A DNA stretch of 63,676 bases, filler included, from Dugesia japonica (GCA_001938525.1; 5 parts of 5 records of this genome joined end to end with filler, not necessarily neighbours in it), one strand, 5' to 3'. Counted from the first letter of the whole stretch, positions 10,292-25,500 are shown. The notes: generated from the sequence alone by a model not told the origin. Translations and numbers: made by a program.

Positions 10292-13166
10292 AACATTATG
10301 AGGTTATTATATGAAAACAGAAAAACAGAAAATGGGATTGGTGGACTCCTAATGTAGCAGCAAGAATTAATTTTTTAATAAGAAAATGATTAGATAAATA
10401 ATAAAGATAATATAAAATATTATAAAATATTAAAGGGGTCTTTACGACTCTTTTTCATTAATATAATAACGATAATTATCTTATGATATTATTATTAAAT
10501 TTAATTAAATCTAAATCGTTTAATCACTCGTGCTTTGTCTGCTTGGGGTGAATAAAATCCGAAAATAGTAACAAAATAAGTTACTCATCACAAGTCAGAC
10601 AAAGACTTAGCATCGTAATAATCCATCATCCACAAAGGTCATATGAGGTGACCAACGATAATAAAAAATCAAGAAGCTTGTGTGAAGCACTAACAGTTCT
10701 TTGGCGTGTAAGTAACGGTAGGGTGGATTAATTGAGCAATTGAAACGGAAAAATGATTGAAAGTAATCTGATTGGCCGAGCAATCAGGCTAAAGAAATGG
10801 TTTTCAGTAAAAAGCTGATGCAGCCAGAAAATTGTTAGAAGAAAATTCATTTTCTTTTAAAGAAAGAGAAAAGGTTGAAGATTTTCTTGTAGAATAATTT
10901 AGTCTTCAAATTGGTTTGAATTCAATATTTTATCATTGTCAAGGAGGAAGAATCCATCAAGAATATAAAGTGAATTTTGGTTTTAAATTTTCATTAAATT
11001 TAGATGGAAGTACGTAATCCGAGTGAATGAAACACGTGACGATCGTGCTCCTATTTAATATATGTTAAAACAGTTGAAATTAAATGAAAGATTTTCGATT
11101 TAATATAACAGAAAAATGCTGAAAGGTTTTCAATCTAATATCCAGAAACACGATGAAATTATTCACAAAAAATATCCGAATTATACGGAATTCAATCAGA
11201 TAAAAATATCAGCAATTGTACGAAATCAACCAGAGGAGAATAACAGAAACATGATGAGATCAATCAGTGGAAAATATCAGAAACATGTCAAAAGCGATCA
11301 AGAGAAAAGGCTGAAAATTCGATGAAATTGATAAGAGCAAAGTGCTGAAAATGTGATATGATTACAAAAAATACTGCGATGAAAATGATGGAATTAAGTA
11401 AGAGAATAATGCTGGAAATTCGACAATGGTGATCAGAGAAAATCCAGGGAATGAGACGAAATTATACAGCGAAAATTTCTAAAATGGTTGTCGAGTCATT
11501 CAAGAAAAAAGTTAGTAAATATTAAAAGGTTAGCCTGAGAAAATGCTGAAAGCATATAAAGAGAAATCTGTGGATTACTGTAACAAATGAGTCGCTGTTT
11601 ATGACAATGAAATATGCTATGATTGAAAGAGAAAAATAATATGCTGTTTATGCAAGAGCGAAACAACAGGAAGTCTATGAAATAAAAAAAGGATGTGATA
11701 TTTATGAAAAAGAAAATGTGATGCCATCCACAAAATATGGTTATGCGAATTATGAAGGAGAAAAGGTCATGTAATTTATCAGAGAAAAATATGATACTAA
11801 TAACGAGAGCGAAAAAAGTTATGCGGCTAATGAGATTGAGGAGTCTGTCTCGGTGCGAGATATAAGTGAGCTCAGTCATAAATTTTTGGCTTTTAATTAA
11901 GTAACGTCGGGTACTTTGAGTTGTTTGAATTTTCCACAATATTGATGTTGAAAATAGTTGTATTGGAATTTTTATAAAAAAATATTAATTTGCAGTTTTA
12001 TCTATTTTTNATTTTTATTTAACTGTGCTCGAACAACTAATATCTATTATAAGAATTTTGTTTTGTAAATTTAAATTTCCTCAATTATCATTATCTGTTC
12101 TAGTATAATTAGATTAATTCGATCGAGAAGAAGAACAACATTAATTAGAGACTTTTTAGAGGCTACGTAAGAGTTCAGACGGGGAAAGATGGTAACATCT
12201 TATATGGTTCATACTCCAGAAGCGGAAAGGAAAAGCATGTTAGCCCACAGGCCGAAAAGCTAGTTCAACGATTTTAATTCTTGTTTTATGATTACAGTTG
12301 CATTTTATATTTAACTCCGATTAATCTAAAATTGTAAGAGATGGACATATTAAAGCGCAAGTATGATGGAAAAGAAACGAAGCATTAATACTGAGCAAAA
12401 TATTGGTTGTCATTAATACCTATGCAAATTAAAGACGCGGTACCACAAAGTCGCGCTGAACTCGGAAAGAAGGGGCATAACACAGAGGTGTCACAAATTC
12501 TTGTGGATTCCAGGTTGCCCGTTAGACAAACAATCACATGAATGTAGACGTGACATAACAAAAGGAGTAGAGTAAATTAAATAAAACATCTAAAAATCTT
12601 GGAATTCTAACAATTTTATTTTAAACGCATTTTTTTATAACGGGTCGGGTTGCCACTGATACAATACCTAATAAAATATAAACGCTAAAAATATATCACA
12701 GTTTTGATTAGAAAACAGTATTTTGTAAATCAAAATGTATATTGGTTGCAATTATTAAAATGATTAGTAAATACCGAAGAAACATAAACAATCATTAGTA
12801 ACACTAATGTTTTCAAAGATATNAAGAGATATACAAATATGTATGCTTCTAGAGCGTAAATAGAAGCCATTAAAGTAGCAAGTACTGATTACGAAGAGAA
12901 GAAACGTAGATGAAAATATTAACATTATTTAAATATGTTGAGTTGTGGATATACTTTACATTCTGAAATTTAAAATATTTTAGTATAACTATGATTTACA
13001 AGTAACATCTGTTAAAAATAAATAAGTGCGAAATTCAAAAAATACAAATTTTATTTTAATAACACAATAATTGTGTGAATAAAAGCAATTGTCAGTTAAA
13101 AATTGTCTTAAAAATGAAAATGCAAATTTATGAAGAAAAGATTAAAAACTAAAATTCTTTGATATT

Positions 13167-14338
13167 TTAATCTAATTCTAAATCAGCATCATGAGAAGGT
13201 TTTAAAGAATCTGATATTAGTTTACTTTCTCTTTTCTCAACTATTTCAAGTTCGTTGAGGCCGATTTCTTCATAATCTTCTTCTAAAAACGCTAAATCAA
13301 CTCGGGATTCACCGAATTCGGTTTCTTCCATTCCTTCTGTTACAAACCAATGTACAAAAGCTCTTTTATTAAAAAGAAGATCAAATTTTTTGCCTATTCT
13401 ATTCCAAATTTCTTTTATTGCTGTAGTGTTACAAATCATAGTTACACCTTTATCTGATGAAGCCATTTGAGAGTCAGGTACAACAATTGGTCCTTGAACA
13501 TTTATACCTAACTTAAATCCAGTAGGACACCATTCAACAAAATTTTTCAAGTTAGATTTTTGTTTAACAACGGCTTCATTGATCTCTATTGGGCTAACAA
13601 ACCCTCGATAATTTAGTATAATTGATATAAATCTACCATGGCTTGTATCACATTTCAGAGATTGGTGAGTTTTCGAGAATACATCATTGGTAATTTGATC
13701 AATGCTGAAATTTGAATGGGTACCTCGAGACTGAGGTTGCAAAGGAGCGTGGCGTACCAATGAAAAATGAATTCGTGGATACGGAACTAAATTAGTTCGA
13801 ATCTCTTTTAAAGTAGTGTGATTAGCAGCATTATATCGTAATGAACAGGTTATAGAACTGGCCATGGCTGATACAACTCGATTCAAATCTCCATATACTG
13901 GAAGATCCATTAAAAGTAGCTTGTTACAAATATCATATAAGGCCTCATTATCAAACAAGATACTTAATTCTAATGAATCAATTGAGGTATGAGTATGCAT
14001 TATTGTATTATATGGTTCAACTACAGCAACACTCATTGAAGGCCCGGAAAATATCGGCATTTGTATCCGAGTAACCTTAGGATAGTCTAATACAATTTGT
14101 TCCAATAACAATGATGTCACCCCAGATCCAGTACCACCTCCAACACTATTGAAAATTAAAATACTTTCTAGATAATCTGATCTTTCAGTTAATTTATTTA
14201 ATCTATTTCGAAAATTCTTCAAAATTCCGGGCCCAGAAACGAAACTGCCCCTAGCAAAGTTGCTTGCAGCATCTTCATTTCCGTTGATTAATTGATTAGA
14301 ATGGTAAAGATCTCTATAAGCTCCAGAACGAATTTCAT
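13167..14338 (-). CDS. Divergent alpha-tubulin, large terminal exon (upstream exons not located)
   Basis: Acceptor ttgcatAG|AT GAA ATT gives (D)EIRSGAYRDLYH..EDAASNFARG, GGGTGSG, VVEPYN, DNEALYDIC, TNLVPYPRIHF, FVEWCPTGFK, KRAFVHWF..EGMEE. The phase-1 intron at codon ~76 is a known alpha-tubulin intron position. Open frame to TAA. Confidence 0.9.
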
Positions 14339-16879
14339 CTATGCAAATTGATAATTAATAAAATTAGAAAAAATTTATAAAATAAAATCTATGAAAAATG
14401 AAATCATTAAAAAATATAGATTTAATTTTCTTACAAGAATTATAAAATCAATATATAATTAGTAAAAAACCAATATTTCAATAATAAATACGGATTGGTT
14501 TTATTTCCTCTATTTATTATCAGATTAGATTACACCAGTAGTACTAATATCCTTTCAAAACAACTACGTGATTTGATTTTCATTAAACAACTAACTTACT
14601 AACTTAATTGGTTATTACAGAAATAAAAAATCTTTTACTAGGTTCGTACTAATATCGATCTCGCGGTAATATAGGGCCTATATATTCATACCTCAAAACA
14701 GTATATATTTAAAACTATTCATGCATGGTTTGAATAAGTAACCCATAATTTTATTTCTTTCACTAAGACTAAGTAATGTAATAATAATTAAATTTTGTAT
14801 ATCACTTATAAAATTTTATTTTTTTGAGCTTTTGGTATTATCAACAAATTGGCTTAATTTATTATTTAACATTTATTTAACAAGTTACTTTCAAGTTAAA
14901 CTTTAACTGTTAAAGCATCAATTAAAAATATTTATCAAAAGAATTACCAGTAATTTCCATAACTGGTATACAAATTATAACAATTTATCGACCGAAATAA
15001 CAGTTTTTCGATGAATCGGCACATCCATCTTTTAATTTGATAAAATAAGTATTCTTACTTCGTTAAATTTATTATAACAATATGCTTTCAATTTTTAACA
15101 AATCTTCTTTCAATAACTTCAAAGTTTGATTCTAGTTTCNNNNNNNNNNNNNNNNNNNNNNNNNNNNNNTACTTATTTTTAATATTTCATTTTTAATTAT
15201 TATTTTCTAATGTTCTAGGTGACGTGAAAATGTAATAAAATTATTGTTTTCAAAGCAATTAGTTAATTAGACAATACTTCATGTCTAAAGAGCTACAAAA
15301 CTGTTATAAGTATAAGGAAATAATTAAGAAGAATTTCAACCAATAAGAATTAAAATAAATTATTTTAATTAATTATTAGTTTCTATTTCACTTCATTTTA
15401 TTAAATAAATTTAGTTATTAATTGTGAAATAAATTGTGAATATGTCTGAAATGAATAGTTGTAATTTAGAAAATTATCTTTAGAAGATAGTAGATAAATA
15501 GTAGCGCACTGCCTCACCTCACCCTGAGTGCACATATGTTTCCAGCGATTTGATTGGTAAAAGATCAGGTGTGCGTCGAATTCAATGGTATAAAAAATTC
15601 TTAATTATTACAATAATGGAAATTTTTGTTTTACCTGATGGGTTTATAGGATTTTTCGTTTAAAATAGGTGAAATTATTTATTTTTTGTTTAAATCAGGT
15701 GAAATTAATGACTATGAGTTTCTTCATAAAAATTGGCTGAAAACCCTTTTTCTTTAAATTAACCAAAATCTTTAGACAGTTAAGCAAATTTCTTCCCGAG
15801 TAATATTAACATCAACATTCGTCGCACCTGGCAATATTAACATCAACATTAGATGCTCCTCGGCGACATTAATATTAAAAGATTTACGTGAGATTTTTGT
15901 TTAAATAAAGTAAAATTAATGATTTTTATGGGTTTCTTCTTGGAATATCGGTGTAAAAGCATATTTTTGTTAAAATTATCCAAACTTTTCAAATGTTAAG
16001 ATTACTAAGCTGAGCTCATCGAGTGGCGTAAATAGNNNNNNNNNNNNNNNNNNNNNNNNNNNNNNNNNNNNNNNNNNNNNNNNNNNNNNNNNNNNNNNNN
16101 NNNNNNNNNNNNNNNNNNNNNNNNNNNNNNNNNNNNNNNNNNNNNNNNNNNNNNNNNNNNNNNNNNNNNNNNNNNNNNNNNNNNNNNNNNNNNNNNNNNN
16201 NNNNNNNNNNNNNNNNNNNNNNNNNNNTCGGTCCATTCATTGCTTCAGTTGATATTTAGCAAAACATTATTATTAAATAAAAACTAAATCCTTACTTATT
16301 TCCAAAGTTCATAAAAAATCCATGATAAGTTTTCATATTTCCAATAACATTGATCATAATTCATAATAATTTCCATTAAATCCATTTGATATAATATATT
16401 TCATCAATCTATAAAAAAATTAAAACGAAAAAATTTTTAAAAAATCTTCATTAATATAATGATATAGTGTGTGAATCTTCCTTATACACACACTATTCCT
16501 AATGTGTTAACGTAGAAATTTTACATGTTATGTAATAATTTTTAAGTGACAGCTTATAATTTAATATGATATCATGTCATTTTAGTGTGATGAACTATAA
16601 TTTTAACTCACTGGCCTAGAATATTCGCATATTGTTTATATATTTTTACATATTGACTTAGAAATTTGTATAACCATCGAGGCGCAAGAATACAGGACAC
16701 AACAATAAATCTGATATAATATAAAAAATATTTGAGTGTCCAAATAGAGGCGAAATCTGGCCACTAAAAGGAAGATCTGGATTATATAAAATCTCCAGTG
16801 TTTAGGATATATTACTACAATTATTTTCACAATATGAGATTGGAACAAACCAGTATAGCAGGAGACAATGACAATTGTC

Positions 16880-17545
16880 AAAAAACAAGTCATTGGCAGA
16901 GTATTGCGCAAATAATGAAGGCTGGTTTAAGAATAATTCCAGAAAATTGTCAGTTTCTTCAAAGCGAAATCAAATTTCTTGGACACATAATCAGCAGATA
17001 TAATGTTAGAACTGATCCGTCTAAAATAGAAGCAATAAAAACATTTGGCAAACCTAACTGCATGAAAACGTTGCAAAGTCTCTTACGAATTTGTAATTAT
17101 TATAGGAAGTTTATAGAAAATTACACAAGAAGATTAAAGACTTTAGAACATTAGTGTAGTGAACCATGTAACAAGAAATTAGAATGAACAGATAAAATAA
17201 ACGAAACTTTGAGGGTCTGAAGAAANNNNNNNNNNNNNNNNNNNNNNNNNNNNNNNNNNNNNNNNNNNNNNNNNNNNNNNNNNNNNNNNNNNNNNNNNNN
17301 NNNNNNNNNNNNNNNNNNNNNNNNNAGAAAGATAAAGAAGGAAGAGAAAAGGCTGTTGACTACTGATCACACTCAATGACGGGTCATGAAAAGGAATACT
17401 GGATCACAAAGAGTTATTGGCTGTTTATTATTTCGGCATGCTTTTTAAGCATTATTTGTACTGTAGAAGATTTAGGACTGGTCATAAAGCTCTAGCTTTC
17501 ACGATGACGACGAAAAAACTAATTACTTCACAATTCCAGACGACA
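16880..17545 (+). pseudogene. Gypsy/Ty3 LTR retrotransposon RT-RNase H fragment
   Basis: CQFLQSEIKFLGHIIS..TDPSKIEAI..ICNYYRKFI, then RNase H-like ELLAVYY..FKHYL..FRTGHKAL. Confidence 0.8.
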
Positions 17546-20500
17546 CAAATCCGAGCCTCCTCCTTCGATAGTGTTTTAAAAATTTTAGTAGAGAAATATT
17601 TAGTTTTAATTTTTAAGTTTTTCAAATGTTATGGCAAAATATGGTATTGTTGGATACGCAATGATAAGATGAACAATATGATGTAATTCAATTTTCAGTC
17701 TGCNNNNNNNNNNNNNNNNNNNNNNNNNNNNNNNNNNNNNNNNNNNNNNNNNNNNNNNNNNNNACTAATTTTAAACATATCCTTGTTAAACTTATACCAT
17801 TCGATAGAGAATTTAAAACTGTCTAAAAAATACCTAAAGAACTACTATCGAAAAACGTTTCCATCTTGGTGAAAACAGGTTTTAGTTCAGAATATAAATA
17901 TAATGGCGCTGAGCGAAATAATTTTGATTAAGAAATAATTTTGACAGTGAAATGATTTCGACAATTGAAATTATTTTTTTTTAAGATTAATTCTGATATT
18001 AATTTTGTGATTAATTTTGAGATAAACTTTTCTATAATATTTATCCTAATTAAATTTTTTATAGAGATTAATTTTGATATTAAATTTCTATAATTTTTTG
18101 GAAATTAAATTTTCTATAATATTTATATATATTTAATAGCAGTTGATAGTAGCAGCCATGAAACTTTTATGAAAATCACCTATCGTAAAAGTTGGCTAAA
18201 AGAGAGTTGCTGTGACATAAAATTGGGTATCGTCCGATGCTGCATAAGATGATGAACATTCTGGCATAGTTAAAATATTTTTCAGATGTTTGAGTGAAAG
18301 GTTAAGATTTAAAATTTGAAAAAATGTAGTGCCATCATTTTTATAGATGTCATTTTTACATGTACTATACAAAAAAAACTGTCTATACATTGTGGTGCAC
18401 TACACCACGAGTCATATGCCATATCCTAACCTATAGATAGAAAGCTGCTATAAACAACTTGTTATCGTTGAATGCGGAAACACATGGCAAACATTGTGGC
18501 TTAGTTAAAATTTTAGTCAGACATAACAGTAANNNNNNNNNNNNNNNNNNNNNNNNNNNNNNNNNNNNNNNNNNNNNNNNNNNNNNNNACAAAAAATACG
18601 AGCGAAAATTATGTAATCAATCGCATTACTAAAACTCAATAGAACATCAATTATTTAATTTGTTTGTCGTGTAAAATAATTTGCTACTATATTACGTAAA
18701 GAGCAGAGGGAGGTAAAGTGGCCTGAAGCGCTTCCATTCCTCTACTTATTTCATATTTCTTTTTTTGTTTATATATATTAATTTAATTGTTGCTCAATTT
18801 TTAAATTAGTTTTGAGTGTTGTGATTTATATTTTGAGTGAATTACTTAGATTTAATGAATTGAGTGAATTTGATTGGATTAAATGAGATTAATTAAAATA
18901 ATAGGGCATAATCAAATTATTCGCAACACGCTTGAAAACATTTTCAAAGTAATTTCTCAACAATATAAATTGACTTAATAAAATTTGTATAACTTAGTAG
19001 CTTGCTATGTAAATTATTGAATTAGTGTATATTTTTAATTATTAGGAAAGCAAACTCGCCAGGATTATTCCGTAGTCGATAAAGTTTCAGCACCTAATAT
19101 ACAATTTCCCATGGAAATTCTCGAAGAATATGAAACATTTCTCAACAACTTCAGTGGTTATAGCTACGTCAGTTTAAAAAATGCTTTAAACCAGCGGACA
19201 TTTATAAAATCTCTAGACAAATATTTCTCATGAAAACCATTTTCGATAAACTATTTTTAAAATCAATCGCTTGCAAACTACCCAATGAAAAAAAGCTGTT
19301 GATCTGAATTTCTTTGTTGGGTATTTTTGACTCTTTATGTGTGGAGAATCAGTTTACTTTATTCGAATAAAACGCTTTGGGCATTTTATTTGAGTTTAAC
19401 GCTAAGTGGACGTACTCCTCAAACATAGCACATGTGCATTTTTAACTAATAGCGCAGCACATCATTCATGGTCTCAGAACACTATGAATCAAAATCAATA
19501 ACAACAACGCCCCATAATTTGGAAATTAATTGTTGCATCCATATTTATATTAGGCGTTGAGATTTAGCANATCACGGTATTAATGTTAACTGCAGCAGAA
19601 AAATCATAACATTTTCTACCTCCAGCTGCTATGTACCTGGGTACTGTGCAAAATTATGAGACTATTTCAAATCAAGTGCTACAAAATGTTTATTCTAATA
19701 TGCANNNNNNNNNNNNNNNNNNNNNNNNNNNNNNNNNNNNNNNNNNNNTTAATTAATTAANNNNNNNNNNNNNNNNNNNNNNNNNNNNNNNNNNNNNNNN
19801 NNNNAATAAACTATTCTCATGTTAGGCCTTGATTTTTGTTCTAGACTTATTTTACGATATTAATGGATTTGGTTATTATTTTTCATATATGTCTTGTATT
19901 TTCAGTGGTCAGAATTCAGTTCCCAAATAGCTTGAAACGCTGCCACCGACTTTTGCGCCGCCTTCTNNNNNNNNNNNNNNNNNNNNNNNNNNNNNNNNNN
20001 NNNNNNNNNNNNNNNNNNNNNNNNNNNNNNNNNNNNNNNNNNNNNNNNNNNNNNNNNNNNNNNNNNNNNNNNNNNNNNNNNNNNNNNNNNNNNNNNNNNN
20101 NNNNNNNNNNNNNNNNNNNNNNNNNNNNNNNNNNNNNNNNNNNNNNNNNNNNNNNNNNNNNNNNNNNNNNNNNNNNNNNNNNNNNNNNNNNNNNNNNNNN
20201 NNNNNNNGATGACGACATTGCCGCTTTTAACTTTGTCGTCACTTCCCCAGAGCAGTGGTTAGATCCGGACGCCGTGAACCTTGTGTAATTGTTACTTAAT
20301 AATAAATGTCTACTTCATCGAAATAATTTAATTCTTTTTGTAATATTAAATATTAATTCGTAAAAACAGTTCAAATATCATTGGGAAAATATAGAACCCG
20401 AACAAAAGGTTTATTGGTGAGCACCTTCCATCAAGGGTAAGGTCAACCNCAATAAACTGAAAACCTACCATAGGGACGGTAGGGTTTAAATCCTTGAAAG

Positions 20501-20589
20501 GGTTCCCCTGAGGACTGTTTTTCCCCAGTCAAGCTTTTTCTAACTCAGGTGGAGCCCCAATACATTCAATTGCCTGAAATCCAAACACA

Positions 20590-22250
20590 TGTTTATGTCC
20601 TTTTCCTTTTTCAAAACACCAATCAGTGGAGTATTTCATGGAGAGTTGCATTTTTGAATAATATTATTCTCAAAAAATGTTCTGTGTAACTTCCTCAATT
20701 TTAGCTTCTAAGTTCATTGGTTGCCTGTACAATTTTAGGTTGATTGGCTCACCACTTGTAATTTAAGTATTATCAGATGTGTGCATCATACATACCATTT
20801 ATCTGCCATGAAAACTTCTTCATTTCAAATTATGTTCAATAACCGTTGATCGTCTGTAATCTATAGAATTCTTACAGCTTTTATCAATAGCCGTCTTTTT
20901 AATTTGTCTCCAAAATTTTGTTTCAATATTACCATTGTAATTTTTGACTTTTTCATTAGTTTTACTGTGCACTTTTCATGCAAGCTAGTATCCGAAAATC
21001 TTCTGCATATCTATTCCTCTAATCAGATCAACTGTGACTCATTCTGCAGCTAACAAAGTAAAATTTTTGTAAACTTCATCGATTGTTACTCCAGTTCTAG
21101 GCTTTCCAATAATTTTAAGTGTACTATCACTTGCACAACACAATTTTTCATCAATCCTTTCTAAATTTATTAAAACAAATCAAAATTATAATGTTAATTC
21201 AAGCTCCTGTGTCTAAAAGACATTCAACTTAATTTCACTGAATTGATACAGTAACACTTGGTCTGCCTTGAAATTTATGGTACAAAATATTTGTTTTACG
21301 TTCTGCTTTAAATTTTCCTATCCATTCTATTTTTCGATCATCCCCAAAAATGTCCCTTTTTAATAACCTGTACCCTTTTTCTGTAACTTTCCCGATATCA
21401 TCCGACTTTTCGACACCTTGAAAATAATCATTCACTTCATTTAATAATTGATGGCTCCAAGCAACTCATCTATTAGTAGAGCCTTGTCATTTGGGTACTG
21501 TTTTCCGAAATCACCTTTATATATTTCCTCATATTCATCTTTTGTATATTTATCTTCATCTCCAATCGCATGTATTTTANTATACCAGTTTTCTGGCCTT
21601 CCAGTAGTCACCAATTTTGCATTTTGTCTTTTCATTCTCCAATTTGTGTAACACTCTTCTGTCCTATTTCAACCATTACCACATTGTCTACACCTTACTT
21701 CTTAATATAACCTACTAATATCTCCCAACTTTTCACAAAGAAAGCATTTTTTTGGATTTTATCTAAGCAAACTTGACTCATATGTCCTTTTTTATGACAC
21801 GTCCAACACTCTAATACTTTTTTGTCAGACAATTTGCTTTAGTATGACCGATCCTATGGCATAACTAGCATTCAATATTTCACTTTCTTTCCCTTGATCT
21901 ACAATCCTACTCACTGTATGATTTGCAGGTCTAATAATCTCGACTTGTAACTCTTGCGTAATTTCTAACTGCATCAACTTAATCTCTGCTTTTCTTTACT
22001 CAATCTACTAATGTAATTATTTCTGCAATTTCTTCTATATACTGTCATTTCTACAAAGTCACCTCTTCTTCAACTATTTTGTTATCTGAACAAAATACTT
22101 GTATCTTTGCCACCATTCTTTCCTCCGCAAAATCTTTATTTGGAATCCCTATCGNGTTTTTAAGAAAGGCGGAGATTAAAATATGTGGAATTTTAAAATC
22201 TCCTGTCACCCTTAGTAGTTCATTTTTTACTGACGGTATAAAGGTTTTAA
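20590..22250 (-). mobile_element. Decayed Gypsy gag-protease-RT start
   Basis: Minus strand: CCHC knuckle remnants at 21680-21880, protease ECLLDTGA at ~21200-21224, RT N-terminal QKCNSP at ~20640-20660. Confidence 0.7.
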
Positions 22251-22269
22251 ATGAAAGAATAACTTTAAA

Positions 22270-22535
22270 AAATGAGTTAGGTAGTTATATTCTTATTCGC
22301 ATCCTAAAAGTTTACTTTAAAATCACTTCAGTAATATTAACAGATTTTCTAGAAACAGTTATATTCCGAATTCTAAATACTTAGTAAAGAAAAAAGCTAT
22401 TCTAAATGATCAGAATAATGAACAGTTATGCTTTATCTGTAGCATTGTAGTCATTCTCAAGCGAGATAAAGTTGGACAATCTCATAGATTTAGAGTATCA
22501 AAATATAAAACGTATATAACTGATTTAAAATTGCA
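22270..22535 (+). pseudogene. Relic of a Polinton pPolB N-terminal region
   Basis: GSYI followed by KKAILNDQNNEQLCFICSIVVILK..HRFRVSKYK, matching the KKA.IN..N.D..CF..SI.A.L...RVSKY motif. A related segment lies at 55620-55700. Confidence 0.6.
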
Positions 22536-25500
22536 ATTATTGCAACAATAATTGTTAGACTTAACCATTGATCGCATTTGAGATTTCATTAAAATAAGAA
22601 AAAGCTTCGATCGAAACAAAATTTATTTGTANNNNNNNNNNNNNNNNNNNNNNNNNNNNNNNNNNNNNNNNNNNNNNNNNNNNNNNNNNNNNNNNNNNNN
22701 NNNNNNNNNNNNNNNNNNNNNNNNNNNNNNNNNNNNNNNNNNNNNNNNNNNNNNNNNNNNNNNNNNNNNNNNNNNNNNNNNNNNNNNNNNCAGCAAATTT
22801 CTTAAGAAGTAGAATATAAGGAAAAATACAATTTTGAAGAATTTTAATCAAAAGAAATTGATTATTATAATTTTTGTGGTTCTACCTAGACCGGGTTTTT
22901 AATTTTATTACCAGGGGTATGGTTGACTAGTAGAACCTCGCTAAAAATTTAATCTAATGTCCCTAAGCTAGATATTCGAGATAGGGTCAGTGACTCGTAA
23001 CCCGTAGTTCTAGTGCATACGCGTATTTATTTGGTTCGGGTTCAAAATCGTCCCCTAATTTATGCTCAAGAAGAAAATAATACAATGCTTTGGTAAACTA
23101 ATATTTATTTGCACTACTGAGTTTATCAAGAGTTGGGCAGAGTCTCTTCTATATNAGGTTGCATCGTCGGAGTAACATCTTTTCTTGGCGCATATAATAG
23201 TAACGCTCTAAGCGCAAGCCTCGTAATAATTTGTGGCACTTAGTGATTGATCCGGAAAGCTGATAAGTAAGCACTAAAAATAACGATATTAACCTATAAT
23301 AATCACAATTAAAGTCCATTAAATAGACAATTAAGCACACAAGAGTTTATTTACGTAAAATATTTTGAGTCAGAATGCGGTTTATATCTACTACAAGAAG
23401 ATCCAGAGGCACTCGCGATATTAACTTGAGAACGTCTTCTATCATACAGTTTTCTCGTTCATGCGATTGTCGCAACCGCTAGGCAAAGGATTCTAGCTGC
23501 GCTTTCTATAATTGTTCTTGCGCATGAGAATGTGCCGCTTCCTTTTGAAATTCCTGGCATCGTTTTTTATATTGCTTTTTTTTTGACTTCTCTGTGGTAA
23601 TTTGTGCATTCCTATTTCGTTTGGTAAAGAGGTATAGCTCCACAGTCATTTCTTGATAATTGCTATTGCTTTTTNTTTTCTTATTTGAAATGAATGGCTT
23701 AGCTTATGAGCTATGCACTTACAATTAAAAGTAGAACATCAATAATGAAATAAAACATCAACAAAGATAAAATAAAAACTATGGAATTTAAGACATTTAT
23801 TATAACAACACACTAAAAACAACAAGAGTCATTGATCGTTGAATATTAAGCCTTTCCTCCCACGAGTGATTCTCAAATCCTACGTAAAGAAAGCAAAGAG
23901 AGAAGCTGGTGAATCTGAGAATATCGTAGTTCGAGGGAGCCAGTTGTGATATAACCAGCGTTCGACATTTTCCCTATGACGCTGATCTAATATTTCCCGG
24001 GAGAGGTAAATTTTGACGGTCTTAGAGGATGCCGGCATTTCTAGTAAAAGAATTTCTTACCCATTTAAAAAGAATTCTGCCATCCATAGAATCCATTCGA
24101 GCTGTGCACTAAATAAAGAAAACCATAAGTAACAAATATGAACTATGATAAACTTTTTTAACATTAAACTAAAACATATATTTAGTCATTTTATTGATTA
24201 TCTATTGGTGGTACCAAAGGGAACATTTCTGCGAGACAGGCAAGATACGTTTTGTCAGGGTGCTCTATGAGGTCTGGATTCAATAGATGTTGTAAGATTT
24301 GATAATGGGGTGCTAACTCTCTTTCTTGATGAATGATTTTAAATATGGTGTGGGGATTACTTGAATTTTTCTGAAAATATAGAAACATTAATAAGGAAAT
24401 TACCCAGCGAACATGGAAGGTTAAGCTAACAGGTCAGAACTTATTATTGACTGGAGATTGAATAGTGCAGGTGGTGCCGATGATATTTGTTTTATATAAA
24501 ACTGGCGATAATTAAGATCATTGACAATTAAACATAAAATAACGAGGATGGTAGTACTTATGACAATCGTTTTAACATGAGAAAGAGACAACCATAATAA
24601 TAATGACAGCAACGTCAATGACAATAGGAATGATAGCAGTATCGGTTAATAATAATAATAATATTAACAATAACAGCTACTCTGGCAAGAATGAGAGTAA
24701 TAATTTTAATAATTACAATAATTAACCGTCCGGAAAACGAACATTATCAATCATAATAATAGTAATAAGAATTCATTAATGAATCACTGATTCTCAATCT
24801 GTTTGAGTAACTGTTTCTTGTTTCATTATTCATCAACAATCGTCACCGGGTGGATTGAAATTATTCTACTGTGTTGTACGATTGCTGGTTTACGATGACA
24901 AGGTAGTTTAAACCATTATTGGGCGCAACCTTCTTTTAATTGAGATTGATAGTAAAAATAACCATAATATGGATTTAAGAAGACCCAGTAAATTTTAATG
25001 TGTAAGTGTATATCCCATATTTTCATTTAACTAAATAATTGATGTTAAGTAAACGACCAAATTTTTAATCGTAAAATTAACAACAATAATATGACAATTA
25101 TAATACTAATGAATAGTTAGTATTAACGTTGCGGATGATAGCATCCGCTGATTCCAGCGATTGTTAATTGTTATCAGGTCAGGTAGTGCTATTAATAAGG
25201 CCAGAAAAGAGATTACATGAGTGAAATGATAACTGCATGCTCATCAGCCGACTTTACTACTCGGTCATAATTGACGATGGATAGAAAAACTTTGGTTAGT
25301 GAAAGTATTTATGAGTCAAAATTTATCAGGCAATTTTAAGTCTAGCAAACATTTAATTATACCGTTGTTAATACGCTTAGGAAAACATATCATTAGGATA
25401 GGAAAGCATTTCGATTTGGTATGCTATTTGTTTGACAATCTCTCTCGTTTAGGGGGATGGATTTATTTTTTACACTGAGCAAATTGACATTTAATAAGAG

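Noticed and set aside
15976-22851. ORF-track entries containing long X runs
   Set aside because: They are open only because they cross N gaps.
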